Assembly (NCBI RefSeq): GCF_009914755.1
Contig: NC_060947.1
Strand: one strand, 5' to 3'
Length of the DNA stretch: 64,000 nucleotides
DNA from: the human T2T-CHM13v2.0 reference genome, Homo sapiens
In this document: positions 1 through 13,834 of the stretch, in pieces
Layout: every line of letters starts with the position of its first letter
Position numbering within the stretch: the first letter of the stretch is position 1
Translations under genes and position numbers: made by a program
Notes under the pieces: model-generated
What the model was told of the DNA's origin: nothing
The model's input: the letters and a program-made list of their open reading frames with translations, nothing else
Database searches by the model: none

Positions 1-549
1 CATCCATATCTAATTTAGATGAAATGTTGAACTTTAGACTTTTGAGTTGTTGCTGAAAGGACTTAAGACTTTGGGGCTATTGAAACAGAATTAATGTACT
101 TTGCATTAATGTAGTTTGAGAAGGCCATTAATTTGGGGTGGGCAGGCATACAATGCTATGGTTTAAATGTGTTCCTCAAAAAGTGTGTGTTAGAATCTTA
201 ATCCCTACTGCAACATTGTGGGGAGGTAGGGCCTAATAAGAGGTGATGAGGCCATGAAGACAATGTGAATGAATTAATGCTGTTATCATGAGAGGATTTT
301 TATTATCATGGAGTGGGTTTCTCATAATAGGATGAATTTGACCCCCTTCAGCTTTTCTTTTTGTCTTGTCCTTATTTTGTCCTTTTGCCTTCTGCCATGC
401 GATGATGTAGCAAGAAGACATTTGCAAGATGCTGGCCTCTCAATTTTGGACTTCCCAGGCCCCAGAAATGTTAAAAAATATATTTTTTGTTAATTATAAA
501 TTACCCAGTCTCAGGTATTCTGTTATAGCAGCATAAATGGACTAAGAAA
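1..549 (+). mobile_element. MaLR (MST-type) internal 3' end (1-153) plus LTR (154-549)
   Basis: MaLR internal end (ttaagactttgggg) followed by LTR start tgctatggtttaaatgtg and end ttatagcagcataaatggactaaga; aaattacccagtctcaggtattc motif. Confidence 0.75.
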
Positions 550-1915
550 TATATTTTTCTCATAATGTCTTTTATTTATCTAGGCAATTATCTTTAGTTT
601 TTGAACATATTTATAATAACTAATTCATACTATAAAATTACGTTTTTTAAAAGGTTTTTGGTTAGCCTCTAGTTAGCCACAAATTGTATGCTACACTGTT
701 GTTTCTGGTTGTTTTCAACATCCTATAGATAGGGTTCATGCAGAGTGAGCTCTGAGCCAGGTGAAATAAAAGCAAGCACTGAGAATGGAGCTTCTTAGGA
801 AGCTGCCAAAGAGGTTCAATAGCAACAATTCCTTGTGGATGGGATTTGGGGACATGTCCAATGTTTATGGGCCCTTCATTCATTATGGGCTAATCTCCCA
901 GTTTCCAAAGCTACACTCATTCTAATGGTGTTGCTTTTCAAGTATATCATACAGCTAGAGAGAGGGGTATAGAAATAGGGCAAGTTAAAATGCAAAAATG
1001 CTCGTTGTTACTGAAATTCAGGCATTTAAAAAATAAATTATCAGATTATACAAATATTTTGGTTAATTTCCAAAGTTCAGGAAGAAAAATGACTTTTATA
1101 GTGTTTTTGCTGAATTTTTTGGAGATCATTAGCACCATGGAAATGATTGTTGCATAAAACATAATTTGAAAGCCTATGTCCATACTCAAAGAACAGCCCC
1201 AAAACATATACAGCAGGAAGTGAAAGAAACCAAGACAGAAATAAAAAATTCAACAACAATACTTGGAAACCTCAATGCTTCACTCTCATTAATGGATAGA
1301 ACAACTAGACAGAATATCAGTAAGGTTATAGGAGACTTAAACAACAATGTGAAATAACTTGACCTAATATTAAAACCATCAAGAACAGCAGACTATACAT
1401 TATTCACAATAACACATTGAACAATGTTCAGGAAAACCTATATGTCAATTTATAAAGAAAAGTCTCCACAAATTCAAAAGAATTGAAGTCACATAAAGCA
1501 CACTTTTTGACCAAATAAGTTAAACTATATTAGAACTCAATAACAGAAATAAATTGGAGAAATTCACAAATAATTGGAAATTAAGTACTTCTAAATAACC
1601 AGTGGGCCAATGAACAAATCATGGGAAACATTAGCAATTATTTTGAACTGAATGAAAATTAAACCACATCATATCAAAATTAATGAGATACACTTAAGTA
1701 GTGCTTAACAGAAATTTATAGTTTTAAACATCAGTTTTAACATAGAAGCATGCTCTCAAATAACCTAAGAGTTTACCATAAGCAACTAAAATAAAAACAA
1801 AATATATACCCAAAAAAGCGGAAGGGAAGGAGCAATAAAGATCAAGTCTGAATAAATGAAATAGAAAATGGAAAATTGATACAAAAATTAGTGAAATTAA
1901 GAATTAGTTCATTTA

Positions 1916-2210
1916 GGCTGGGCACGGTGGCTCATGCCTGTAATCCCAGCACTTTGGGAGGCCAAGGCGGGCGGATCACGAGGTCAGGAAATCGAGACCA
2001 TCCTGGCTAACACGGTGAAACCCCTTCTCTACTAAAAATACAAAAAAAAAAAAAAATTAGCCGGGCGTGGTGGCGGGCGCCTGTAGTCCCAGCTACTCAG
2101 GAGGTTGAGGCAGCAGAATGGCGTGAACCTGGGAGTCCCAGCTTGCAGTGAGCCAAGATTGCGCCACTGCACTCCAGCCTGGGTGACAGAGCGAGACTCC
2201 GTCTCAAAAA

Positions 2211-2249
<39 letters not shown>

Positions 2250-2270
2250 AATAAAAAATAAAATAAAAAT
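1916..2270 (+). mobile_element. AluY with (TAAA)n tail
   Basis: Diagnostic accatcctggctaacacggtgaaa and ggcgtgaacc; imperfect TSD aagaattagttcattta / aaaaattagttcaccta. Confidence 0.93.
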
Positions 2271-2890
2271 AAAAATTAGTTCACCTAAGAATCAATAATA
2301 CTGACAAACCTTTAGCTAGACTGATCAACAGTTTAAAAAGATTACTAAAATTACTAAAATTCACAATAAAGGAGGAATAATTATTATTGACCTAACAGAA
2401 AAAAATGTCTGAGAATACCATGAACAACTGTGTGCCAATAAACTAGATAATTTACATGAAATGGACAATTTTCCAAGAAAATACAAGTTACCAAAATTAA
2501 CTCGAGATAGAAAATTTACAAGATTGATGACAAGTAAAGGGATTCAATTAGTTACTTTAAAATTTCCTACAAATCAAATATTAGTCCCATATACCTTAAC
2601 AAATAAATTTAACCAAACATTTAAATAATAAATAATTATAATTTTTGTGAAACATTTTTAGAAAACTGAGGAGATAACACTGCCTAACTTATTCTATAAG
2701 GCAAATATTACTCTTTAACCAGACCTAAGAAAAGATATCACAAGAAATTAAAAGTAAAGTTCAATACCTTCTATGATTATAGAAAAAAAATTCTTAGCAA
2801 AATATTACAAACTTAAATCCAGTGACATATACAAATTTTTATAATGACTGAGTGGGATTTCTTCTAGGAAAGCAAAGTTGGTTTAACATA

Positions 2891-3238
2891 TGCTTGGATG
2901 CCTCCAAAATCATGTGTTGGAATGCCAGCCCCCAAGGTGAATGTATAGATGGTGGAGCCTTTGAGAGATGATTGAGTCATAAAGGCAAAACCTTCATGAA
3001 TGAGATTCGTGTCTTTATAAAACAGGCCCAAGAGAGAGACTTGCCCCTTTCACCATGTGTGGACACAATAAGAAGGTGTCATCTATGAACCAGAAAATGG
3101 GGCCTCACCAAACACTTAATCTGTTGGTGTCTTGATCTTTCCCTTTCTAGCTTCTACAACAGTGAGAAATAAATCTGTCATTCATAAGTCACTCAGTTCA
3201 TGGTACTTTGTTTATAGCAGACCAAATGGACTCAGATA
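2891..3238 (+). mobile_element. MLT1A-type solo LTR inserted in old L1
   Basis: MLT1A-like body and end tttatagcagaccaaatggactcagata; 5-bp TSD acata/acatg; L1 resumes afterwards. Confidence 0.75.
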
Positions 3239-3352
3239 ACATGCAAAAATCAATTACTGTAATATACCATATTTACAAAAGAACAAAAAGCACATAATAA
3301 TTTCAAGAGATAAACGAAGTAATTTGACAAAATCTGGCACTCCTCATAATTT

Positions 3353-3622
3353 AAAGAAAAAAAGAAAAAGAAAAAGAAAAAGAAAGAGAAAGAAAAAGAA
3401 AGAAATAAAGAGAAAGAAAAAAGGAAGGAAGGAGAAAGAAACAAAGGAAGAAAGAAAGAAGGAAGGAAAGAAAGAAAGAAAGAAAAAGAAAGAAGAAAGA
3501 AAGAAAAAGAAAGAAAGAAAAAGAAAGAAGAAAAGAAAAAAGAAAAGGAGGAGGAGGAGATAGAGGAGGGGGAAGGAGGAAGGAAGGAAAGAAAGAAGGA
3601 AAGAAGGAAGGAAGGAAGGAAA
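3353..3622. repeat. Polypurine (GAAA/GGAA)n low-complexity tract
   Basis: ~270 bp almost entirely A/G on the + strand. Confidence 0.95.
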
Positions 3623-5844
3623 CTCTCAACAAATGAAATAAAAAAGAACTTCCTCAATCTGATAAAGGGCATCTGTGGGAAATACACAGCTAAAATCAGA
3701 CTTAATGGTGAAAGATTGAATCAATGCTAATGAGACTAAGATGTCTACTATCATTAGCTTCTATTTAACATTACAGTGGGGGCTCTGGCCAGTAGAGTCA
3801 GACAAGAAAATTTAAAAAAATATTTAAAATGGAAATCTGATAAAGTAAAATGTCTTAATTCCTGCTTAAGAGCATGAACATTTATGTAGGAAGTATTAAG
3901 ACGTTATCTTCTTCTCTCATTCTCCTTTTATGTGTCTCTCTTTGTCCTCTCCCTCTCCACAAGAACGAATGTCTTCAGGAAATTCACAGGGTAAAAGATA
4001 AATATAGAAAAGTCTATTGTATTTTTACAGCCTAACAATGAACTATCACAAATGAAATTAAGAAAACTACCTCATTCACAATAATATCAAAAATAACAAA
4101 ATACTTTAAAATTAATAAAGATGCATACATTTTGACATTGAACAATACAAACCATTACCAAAAATTTAAAGAATATATAAATAAGTGGAAAGATATGCCA
4201 TGTTCATTAACTGGGAGACTCTATGATATCAATAGCAATATTCCCAAATAGATGTATTCAACAACAACCCTATCAAAATCCTAGCTCCCTTCTTTTAGAA
4301 ACATAATAGCTAACTCTAATGTTTACATAGAAATTCAAGGGACCCAGAATAAGCAAAACAATCTTGACAAAGAATGAGAATGTTGGAGGGCATGTACTTC
4401 TTTTCAAAATATACTGCAAGGCTACAGTAGTGAATATGATATAGCGCTGGCATAAATGTTGACATCAATCAATGGAATACTTTTTAGAGTCCAAAATGAA
4501 ACGCTTACATTTTTGGTCAACTGATTTTGACAAAGATTCCAATCAACACAACTAGCAATGCATAGTAACCTCAACAAATATTGCTGACACAACTGGATAT
4601 CTATATGCAAAGAATAAATTTAGACGAATACCTCATCATACACAAAAATAATTCAAAACGAATAATAAACATAAAGTTATTCATAAAAACTGAAGAATTT
4701 TTAGAAGAAGAATATGAGTAAATTTTTTTTATCTTAAGTCAGCTGAAGATTTCTCAGATCTGAAACCAAGGGCACAAGAAATAGAAGAAAACTTTTATAA
4801 AGTAGCCTTCATAAAAAATTTTAAAAATTGCTTCAAAATACTCCATGAAGAAAGTGAAAATACAAACGATAGATTTGAAGAAAATATTTATACCTCATAT
4901 GTCTGAGAAATGACTTAAAAGTATAGAATACATAAAGAATGCTTACAATTCAATAATAAGGGGAAAAATCCCCAAATAAGTAACGGACCAAAGATTTCAG
5001 TGGAAATTTCATTAAATAAGTATATCTGTATGGTGAATAAGTACATGAAAAGGTGCTCAACATAATTACTCATTAGGTAAATGCAAATCAAAACCACAAT
5101 TAGATACCATTACCTATCAACCAGAGAAGCAATATTCAAAATATTGACCAAAACAGGTGTTGGTGATGATGTGGAGAAACTGTAACCCTAATGCACTGCT
5201 GGTGATAATGTAAAATTGTGCAGCAACTTTTGAAAACATTTTGGCAATTTTTAAAGAAGTTAAACATAAATGTACATAAAACACAGTAATTGTATGCTTA
5301 GGTTTCTACCAAAGAGCAAGTAGTACCTGCTCTGTTTCCACACAAAGAATCATACAAGAATGTTCACAGCAGCATTATTCATAACAGTCAAAAAATGGAA
5401 ACATTTCAAATGTCCATCAGTGCAAGAATGGTTAAACTGAATGTGTTAAATACATGCAATGGAATCTGTTTGACAATAAAAAGGAAAAAATCCTGATACA
5501 CGCCACAACGTGGATAAACCTCACAAACCTTATGCTAACACAAAGAAGCCAGATGAAAAATATCCCACATACTGTATCATACCAGTTTATGAAATGTCCA
5601 GGAAGGGCAAGTCTATAGAAACAGAAAGTAAGTTAGTGGTTACCTGGCTACAGGGGAGGAAAGCAGGAATTGTCTGCAAATAGTGATGATTGGACATCTT
5701 TAAGATGACGGAAATGTTGAAAAATCTGGATTGCTGTGATATTTGCACAACTCTTTAAAGTACTAAAAATCACTGTGTTATGTACTTAAACAAGTGTATT
5801 GCATGGTATGTAAATTATACATCAATGAGGTTTTTAAAAATGGA

Positions 5845-6540
5845 TCAGGAAACAACAGGTGCTGGAGAGGATGTGGAGAAATAGGAACACTTTTACACTG
5901 TTGGTGGGACTGTAAACTAGTTCAACCATTGTGGAAGTCAGTGTGGCGATTCCTCAGAGATCTAGAACTAGAAATACCATTTGACCCAGCCATCCCATTA
6001 CTGGGTATATACCCAAATGACTATAAATCATGCTGCTATAAAGACACATGCACACGTACGTTTATTGCGGCATTATTCACAATAGCAAAGACTTGGAATC
6101 AACCCAAATGTCCAACAATGATAGACTGGATTAAGAAAATGTGGCACATATACACCATGGAATACTATGCAGCCATAAAAAAATGATGAGTTCATGTCCT
6201 TTGTAGGGACATGGATGAAATTGGAAATCATCATTCTCAGTAAACTATCGCAAGAACAAAAAACCAAACACCGCATATTCTCACTCATAGGTGGGAGGTG
6301 AACAATGAGATCACATGGACACAGGAAGGGGAATATCACACTCTGGGGACTGTGGTGGGGTGGGGGGAGGGGGGAGGGATAGCATTGGGAGATATACCTA
6401 ATGCTAGATGACGAGTTAGTGGGTGCAGCGCACCAGCATGGCACATGTATACATATGTAACTAACCTGCACAATGTGCACATGTACCCTAAAACTTAAAG
6501 TATAATAAAAATAAATAAATAAAAATAAAAAAAATTAAAA
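5845..6540 (+). mobile_element. 5'-truncated young L1 (L1PA2-like), ORF2 C-terminus + 3' UTR + poly(A)
   Basis: Near-consensus [29 protein letters not shown]; 3' UTR gatgacGAGttagtgggtgcagcgcacc and cttaAagtat (non-Ta); TSD aaaaatggatcagg at 5836-5849 and 6541-6554. Confidence 0.93.
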
Positions 6541-6552
6541 AAAAATGGATCA

Positions 6553-6854
<302 letters not shown>

Positions 6855-7079
6855 TCAATTAACCAATTTGCCTAAGGTGATAGAACTAGAAAGTTTAAGA
6901 AACATAAGTTTAAGAAACATAATTTCACTCTGCAATGTTGCCTTAAACTTTATTATTTGATATTGAGGAAAAATATTGAATTTCTTCAACTTGAACATTT
7001 GGAGTAATTCTATGAACTACAATGTATCCGATGAACCTGAACATGTGCTTTGTTCTAAGAGACAAAATTAGTCTATAAA

Positions 7080-7290
7080 GTTAAAAGCTGGGATAGCGGT
7101 TATTTTTGGAGGAATAGCCAGTGGAAAGGAGCCTGCAAGAAGGCTTCTGAATACTGGGGTTCTGTTTCTTTGTCTGAGTACTAATAATATAAGTATGTTC
7201 AGTTTGTGAAAATAATTCAAGCTGTACAGTTATGTGCCATTTTACACACATGCACACACACATATATATAATATTAACGTTTTGAACAAT
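7080..7290 (+). mobile_element. Old L1ME-type 3' UTR fragment
   Basis: atgttcagtttgtgaaaataattcaagctgtaca motif typical of L1ME 3' ends. Confidence 0.5.
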
Positions 7291-9149
7291 ATTTTCAAAA
7301 TTTTCCAAGAACATTTGCAGGTAAGCAAAAAATTATATTTTAAATTGTACAAAATTTAATATCTATGCAGGAGAGTACTTTGAGTAACAGGGCCACTCAT
7401 TTGAAAAACAAAATAACTGAAAGTTTTGTCTATCAATTATTTTATTTAGAGTTGTTCTGTTTTTCTATCAACTGCTATATATTGTTTCTATCTGGTTGAG
7501 TCTTGGCAAGTTAAAATTAAGAATCCTTTCGGCTGTACTTCTATCAAAAAATTCTAATTCAGATATTTGGGGAAATATTACTGGTATTTAACTAAAAGAT
7601 CACAACAAACTATCTGTGAAGATAAAGTTTGATTTACGTAAACCAAATGACAAAACCTTTTGTGACATACCTATATTTGAAAAAATATATGGCCTGAATT
7701 AGAAAAGTGTTAGGTCAATTAGCAGTTGAATAACTTCATATCAAAGATATAAAATAATGAACCAGTGTTAACTTGGATGGTACCAGATAGCAGAGTGAGT
7801 TAAAACTCTATCCTTAATCCTATCTGATCCTATACATAGTGACCAATATCTTAAATGGAGCTTTAGAATTTCCCCTTATCAAATATTCCGATAATTCAAA
7901 GCTAGGAGAGAAATCAAACATGCTGGATTCCAGTTGAAATTAAACATTATCTTGGCTAACTGAAACTTGCTGGTGAATCCAGTGATATAAATTTAAATTG
8001 AATTAGTTACACAATTAAACAATTGGGGAGAATTCCTGTGAAAGAGATACAATTTTAGTTACAGTAAAGCTTCAGAAATGTAATATTGGCCAATTCCTAT
8101 ATATATGTATAACATGTCAGTTGGAATTTTTAAAAATGTGCCTTGTAGGATGTCAATAAGTGTCTAATGAAGGAAGTTATAATTGAGAATGGTGAGCTTA
8201 ACAAATAATCAATTTTTTGTTACTGCAGGACTTCTAAGACTCTTTAATAAACAGCAAAAAACTATTTTCCCCATGGAGATCTTTGAGAGACGAGTGTTTC
8301 AGAGAATGTTTTCAGTGCAAAACTGACATAGATCAACTAACACATGCTTTCGCCTTTTCCTTGGGACAGATTATTAACATGTGCTATGATTGCCACACAC
8401 AGCCAGTCTTCATGATTAATTGAGGATCTTTAAAAATAATAATAAGATATTCCAGGACTCAACCCCAGAATAAAGTGAGGGAAAAACTGCAAGTACAATG
8501 TCTTTAAGGTCTGAAACTAAGACTTACTACTATCAAAATAATTATCTATCTTTCATCTCTACTTCCCTCCCTCTGTTTGGCTTCACTGTTTGGCTTCATT
8601 TTATAGACAGGCTCTCTGCATATAGCAGGGAACATAGCCACCAATAGCTTTATATTCATATTTTGCCAACTTTGTAACCCCAGTGGAAAGGAGTTTCTTT
8701 ATTGTGAAGTCATGTTATAAATTCGAGAAAAGGACTCTGGGTAATGTAACCAACTTATGAACCAATTGCTGTTATTTGTGAGATTTCATATATTGATAAG
8801 CTAGGATTTAATGAAAGGTTGATACCTGAAACACACAAACAAAAAACCTTGATATCATAAATGATAGATCTATAAGATACAAATAAAATGGGAAAGAATT
8901 TATTTCAAAAAATATTACTGAGGACACAAAAACAATACACAACTACTAAAAGACTCCTGTGTTATATACAATAAAGAAGAAAATATTTTAAAATATTTTG
9001 AGTTACAAATGTAATACAGATTGAATGAAGAAAGCTTGGGAAAGTACAAAAAGGCAGAAGGGAGATTTTAAGAAGTGGATTGAACCTCTTCACTCAAAGG
9101 AACCACTATCAATATTTAAGGGTGTTATTATAGTAATAAAGAATTTTAG

Positions 9150-9375
9150 AAGCTGACTTTGTTTTCAAAGCTAGTTTCACTAAGTATTATGTTGCTACGT
9201 CACTTTAGGTAAGTTTTTTAATCTCTGCATTTCAATTTTTCATCTGTTTTGTGGGGAGACAAATAGCATTGAAATCATCGTGATGATTAAATAAGATAAT
9301 TTATATAATGTTGCTAGCAGAGTATCTGACAGATATTAGTTACTAAATACATGGTATTTTTATTTGTTGTTATTA
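9150..9375 (+). mobile_element. MIR
   Basis: Core ttaggtaagttttttaatctctgcatttcaatttttcatctgt...gattaaataagataat. Confidence 0.7.
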
Positions 9376-9740
9376 CTGTTGTTGTTTTGGGATATTTCTT
9401 ATGATTGTTTTACATGAGCTATATAAGTTATTCAAAAAGAGCTAACTTTGACTAGGAAATGTATAAGGGAAGAGAATGCCAGCTACCAGTTTTGATAATG
9501 ACAGAGAATCTTTACAGTTCCTAAAAAATGTTGGATTAAGTCCATCGAGAGAAATTAGCTGCAAATATATATCCCTAGATAGGCTATTTTGTTTATTTAA
9601 AACAATATAATAGTGTTTATTTTGACATTGGATGCCTTATGTCATCACCATAGAAGATATTTTAGATATTTTAGGCTTGGTCATGCATGCATTCAATTCA
9701 CCTCAAAAGTAAAAGTGCATCCAGGTAATATTCTCTCTCT

Positions 9741-9746
<6 letters not shown>

Positions 9747-9788
<42 letters not shown>
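9747..9788. repeat. (CA)21 microsatellite
   Basis: Perfect dinucleotide run. Confidence 0.97.
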
Positions 9789-9790
<2 letters not shown>

Positions 9791-12700
9791 GTACACGGAT
9801 TTATTGTTTTATTCTATATCTTGGCTATTGTGAATAGTGCTTCAATACTCATGGGAGTGAAGATTTCCTTTTGATATACTGATTTTAATTTCTGTGGATA
9901 TATACCCCGAAGTCAGATTGGTGCATCACATGGTAGTTCTATTTTTAGTTTTTTGAGGAGCCTCCATACTGTTTTTCATAATGGCTGTACCAATTAACCT
10001 CTCACCAACAATGTGCAAGGGTTCATTTTTCTCCACATCCTTGCTAACAATCAACTTGTCTTTTTTAGAATAGCCATTCTAACAGAAGTGAGGTGATACT
10101 GTGGTTTTGATTTGTATTGCCTTGACAATTTGTAATTCTGAGTATTTTTTTCATACACCTGTTGACAATTTGTATGTCTTCTTTTTAGAAACGTCTATCC
10201 AAGTATTTATGCCATTTAGCAATTGGGTTGTTTGTCTTCTTGCTATTAAGTTGTTTGAGGTTTTAAAATATATTTTATATATTAAACCCGTGTCAGATGT
10301 ATGGTTTCTAATATTTTCTCTCATATGGTAGGCTGTTTCTTCACTTTGTTGATTGCTTCCTTTGTTGTGCAGAAGCCTCTCAGTTTAACGAATTCTCATT
10401 TGCGTATTTTTCCTTTTCTTTCTTGCGCTCTGGAGGATATATCCAGAAAACAATTCTCCAGACGCTTTTGTCCTATATTTACTTCCAGTAGTTTCAGTGT
10501 TTCAGATCTTACATTTAAAGATTTAATCCACTTTCTGATAATTTTTGAATATCATGAGAGATGAGTCTAATTTTGTTATTCTTTCGCATATGCATATTCA
10601 GTATTCCCACCACCTACTGAAGCGACTGTCCTTTCCACAATATATGTTCTTGGAACCTTTATAAAAAAATCTGTTCGCTGTAAATGCCACAGTTATTTCT
10701 GGGATCTCTATTCTGTTCCATTAGTCTAGATGCCTGTTTTTATGCCAGTATCATACTGTTTTGCTTGCTATAGGTTTGTAGAATATTTTGATGTCAGATT
10801 GTGTAATGTCTCCAGTTTTCTTCTTTTTGCTCAGGATTGATTTGGCTATTTAGGGTCTTTTGTAGCTCCATATGAATTTTACGATTATATTTTTTCTCTC
10901 TCTGGAAAATGTCATTGGTATTTTGATAGCGATTGCATTGAATATGTAGATTATTTTAAGTGGTTTAGATATTTTGACAGTAATAATTGTTCCAGTCCAT
11001 GAACACTGCATATCTTTCCATTTATTTGTGTCTTCTTTAATGTATTTCATCAATATCTTATAGTTTCTATTGTAGAAATATTTCACCTCATTGGTTAAAT
11101 TTATTTATTTTATTTGTCATGGCTTTTGTAAATGGAATTGTTTTCTTGATTTCCTTTTCAGATAGTTCACTCTTAGTGTATAGACACACTACTAATTTTT
11201 GCATGATTATTGTATATTGTGCCATTTTAATGAATTTGTTTATTAGATCTAGCAGGTTTTTGTTGGAGTCTTGGGGTTTTCTATATTTAAGATCATGTCA
11301 CCTTTGAAAAGGGACAACTTACCTTCTATCTTTCCAATATGGATGCTTTTTATTTCTTTCTCTTGCCTAATTACTCTGGCTAGGACATCCAGTATTACGT
11401 TGAACTAGCAAGAGTGGGAATTCTTATCTTGTTGCAGATCTCAGAGGAAATGCTTTCACCACTTTCCCATTCAGTGTGATATTAGCTGGAACTTGTCATA
11501 TATGGCCTTTATGGTGTTGAGGTTCATCCCTTGCATGCCTGATTTGTTGGGAGTTTTCATTATGAAGGAATGTTGAATTCTGTCAAATGCTTTTCCTTCA
11601 TCTATTAAAAGAATTACATAAACTTTGTCTTTCACTCTATTCATGCAACTTGTCACTTTTACTGTTTTGTTTATGTTAATCCATCCTTGCATCCTTGGGA
11701 TGAATACCACTTGAGCAAGTTGAATTATTTTTTTTAGTGTGCTATTGAATTCTCTTTGCTAATATTTTTTTGAGAAATTTTACATACGTGTTCATCAGGA
11801 ACATTGGCATGGAGTTTTCCTTTTTATTGCTGTTGTGTCTATATCTGGGATTGATATCTGGGTAATTCTGGCCTTATAAATTGAGTTTGGAAATATTATT
11901 TCCTCTTTAATTTTTTACGAGTTTGAGAAGGAGCGGTATTAGTTTTTTTTTAATGTTTAGTAGAATTCAGCAGTGAAGCCATGAGGTCCTGTGCTTTTCT
12001 TTGATACGAAAGTTTTTATTACGAATTGTATCTCCTTACACATTATTGGTCTGTTCGGATTTCTATTTCTTCATAATTCAGTCTTGGTAGGATTTATGTG
12101 TCCAGGAATTTATGTGTTTCTTCTAGGTTATCCAATTTGTTGTTGTATAACTTTCCATAATTTTCTTTAATTATCCTTTTTTATTTCTGTTATATCAGTT
12201 GTAATGTCTTTTTAATTGTTGTTTTATTTATTTCAGCCTTCTCTCTTTTTTCTTAGTCTAGCTAAAGATTTGTTGATTTTATTCATCTTTTCCGAAAAAA
12301 CGCATAATTTCTTTCATATTTTCTATTATTTTAGTCTCTTTTTTATTTATTTCTGCTCTGCTCTTTATCATTTTTTTCTAATAATTTTGAGCATAGTTTG
12401 TTCTTTTTTTTGTAGTTTCTTGAGGTGCAAGATGAGATTTTTATTTGAACTCTTTCATCTTTTCTTTTTTTCGATATAGGCATTTATTGCTATGAAATTC
12501 CCTCTTAGAACTTCTGTTGCTGTATAACATAAGTTTTTGTATACGATGCTTCCATTTTTATTTGTCTCAAGAAAATTTTTCCATTTCCATTTTCATTTCT
12601 TCATAGACCTATTGGTTGTCCAGAAGTATATTTTTAAATTTTCACATATGTATGAAATTTCCAAAGTTCCTCCTGTTACTGAGTTTTGTTTTGCTTTGTT

Positions 12701-13834
12701 TTTACCATTGTGGTTAAAGTAAATACCTGATACGTTTTCAATCTTCTTAAATTTGCTAAAATCCGTTTTGTAGCCTAACATATGTTTGAGCTTGGAGAAT
12801 GTTCCATGTGCAGTTGAGAAGAATGTACATTCTCATATTGTCAGATGGAATGTTCTGTGTATGTCTATACATCCATTTGGTCCAGAGTGCAGATTAATTA
12901 TGATATTTCCTTCTTGATTTTCTGTCTGGATGATATATCCATTGCTGGAAGTAGAGTGTTGAATTTCAATACTATTATTGTGTTGAAGTTTATATCTCCC
13001 TTTACAACTATCAATATTTGCTTTATATATTTATGTGCTCCCATGTTATGTAAATGTATTATTATATAAAATATCTTCCTCAATCTCTTCATTTTTAGTC
13101 TATGTGTGTCCTTACAGGGGAAAGGAGTTTCTTGAAGACATCATATAACTAGATCTTATAATTTCAGCCATTCAGCCACTCTATAACTTTTGACTAAAGG
13201 ATTTGATCAATTTACATACAAGGTAATTATCAATGCATAAAGACTTGCTACTGGCATTTTGTTCTTTTTAGTTGCTTTGTAAGTCTACTATTACTCTCTT
13301 ATTATCTTCCATTGTGGTTAATTGATTTTTCTGTAATAGCATGCTTTGATTCCTTGCTTTTAATATTTTTGTATTATAGATGTTTCCTTGTGGTTACACT
13401 GAGGTTTCAAGAATACTGTATCATTATAACAGGGTATTTTAAGCTGATAAAAACTTAATTGGTCACTCACATAAAAATAAAACTCCACAGATTACTTCAT
13501 TTTCTCCTCCACATTTAAAATTTTTGATGCCATAAATTATATCTTCTTATATTGCATATCTCTTAACACATTTTTAAGTTATTATAATTTTTAAAACTTT
13601 AATATTTTGACCTTCACACCAAAGATACAAGCGATTTACACATCATCATTATAGTACAAAAGTATTCTAAATGTGACAAAGTGCTTACTATTACCAGTGA
13701 CTTTCATGCATTCAGGTCTCTTTATGTTACTCATTAGCATAATTTTCATTCATCTAGAAGAACTCCCTTTAGAATTTCTTGTACAACAGTTCTAGTGATG
13801 ACTTCCTCAGTTTTGGTATGTCTGGATAATTTTA

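Larger units (their letters stand above)
1150..5840 (+). mobile_element. Old L1 (L1MB/L1ME-type) ORF2 to 3' end, degenerate and interrupted
   Basis: Degenerate EN/RT similarity (NSTTILGNLNASLSLMDRTTRQ) and old-L1 3' UTR ending gtatgtaaattatacatcaat. Confidence 0.8.

Noticed and set aside
3250-3687. Lys/Arg-rich and Phe/Ser-rich ORFs
   Set aside because: Translations of the polypurine simple repeat
8545-8800. Possible ancient MLT1J/K-type LTR fragment
   Set aside because: Similarity too weak to call by eye
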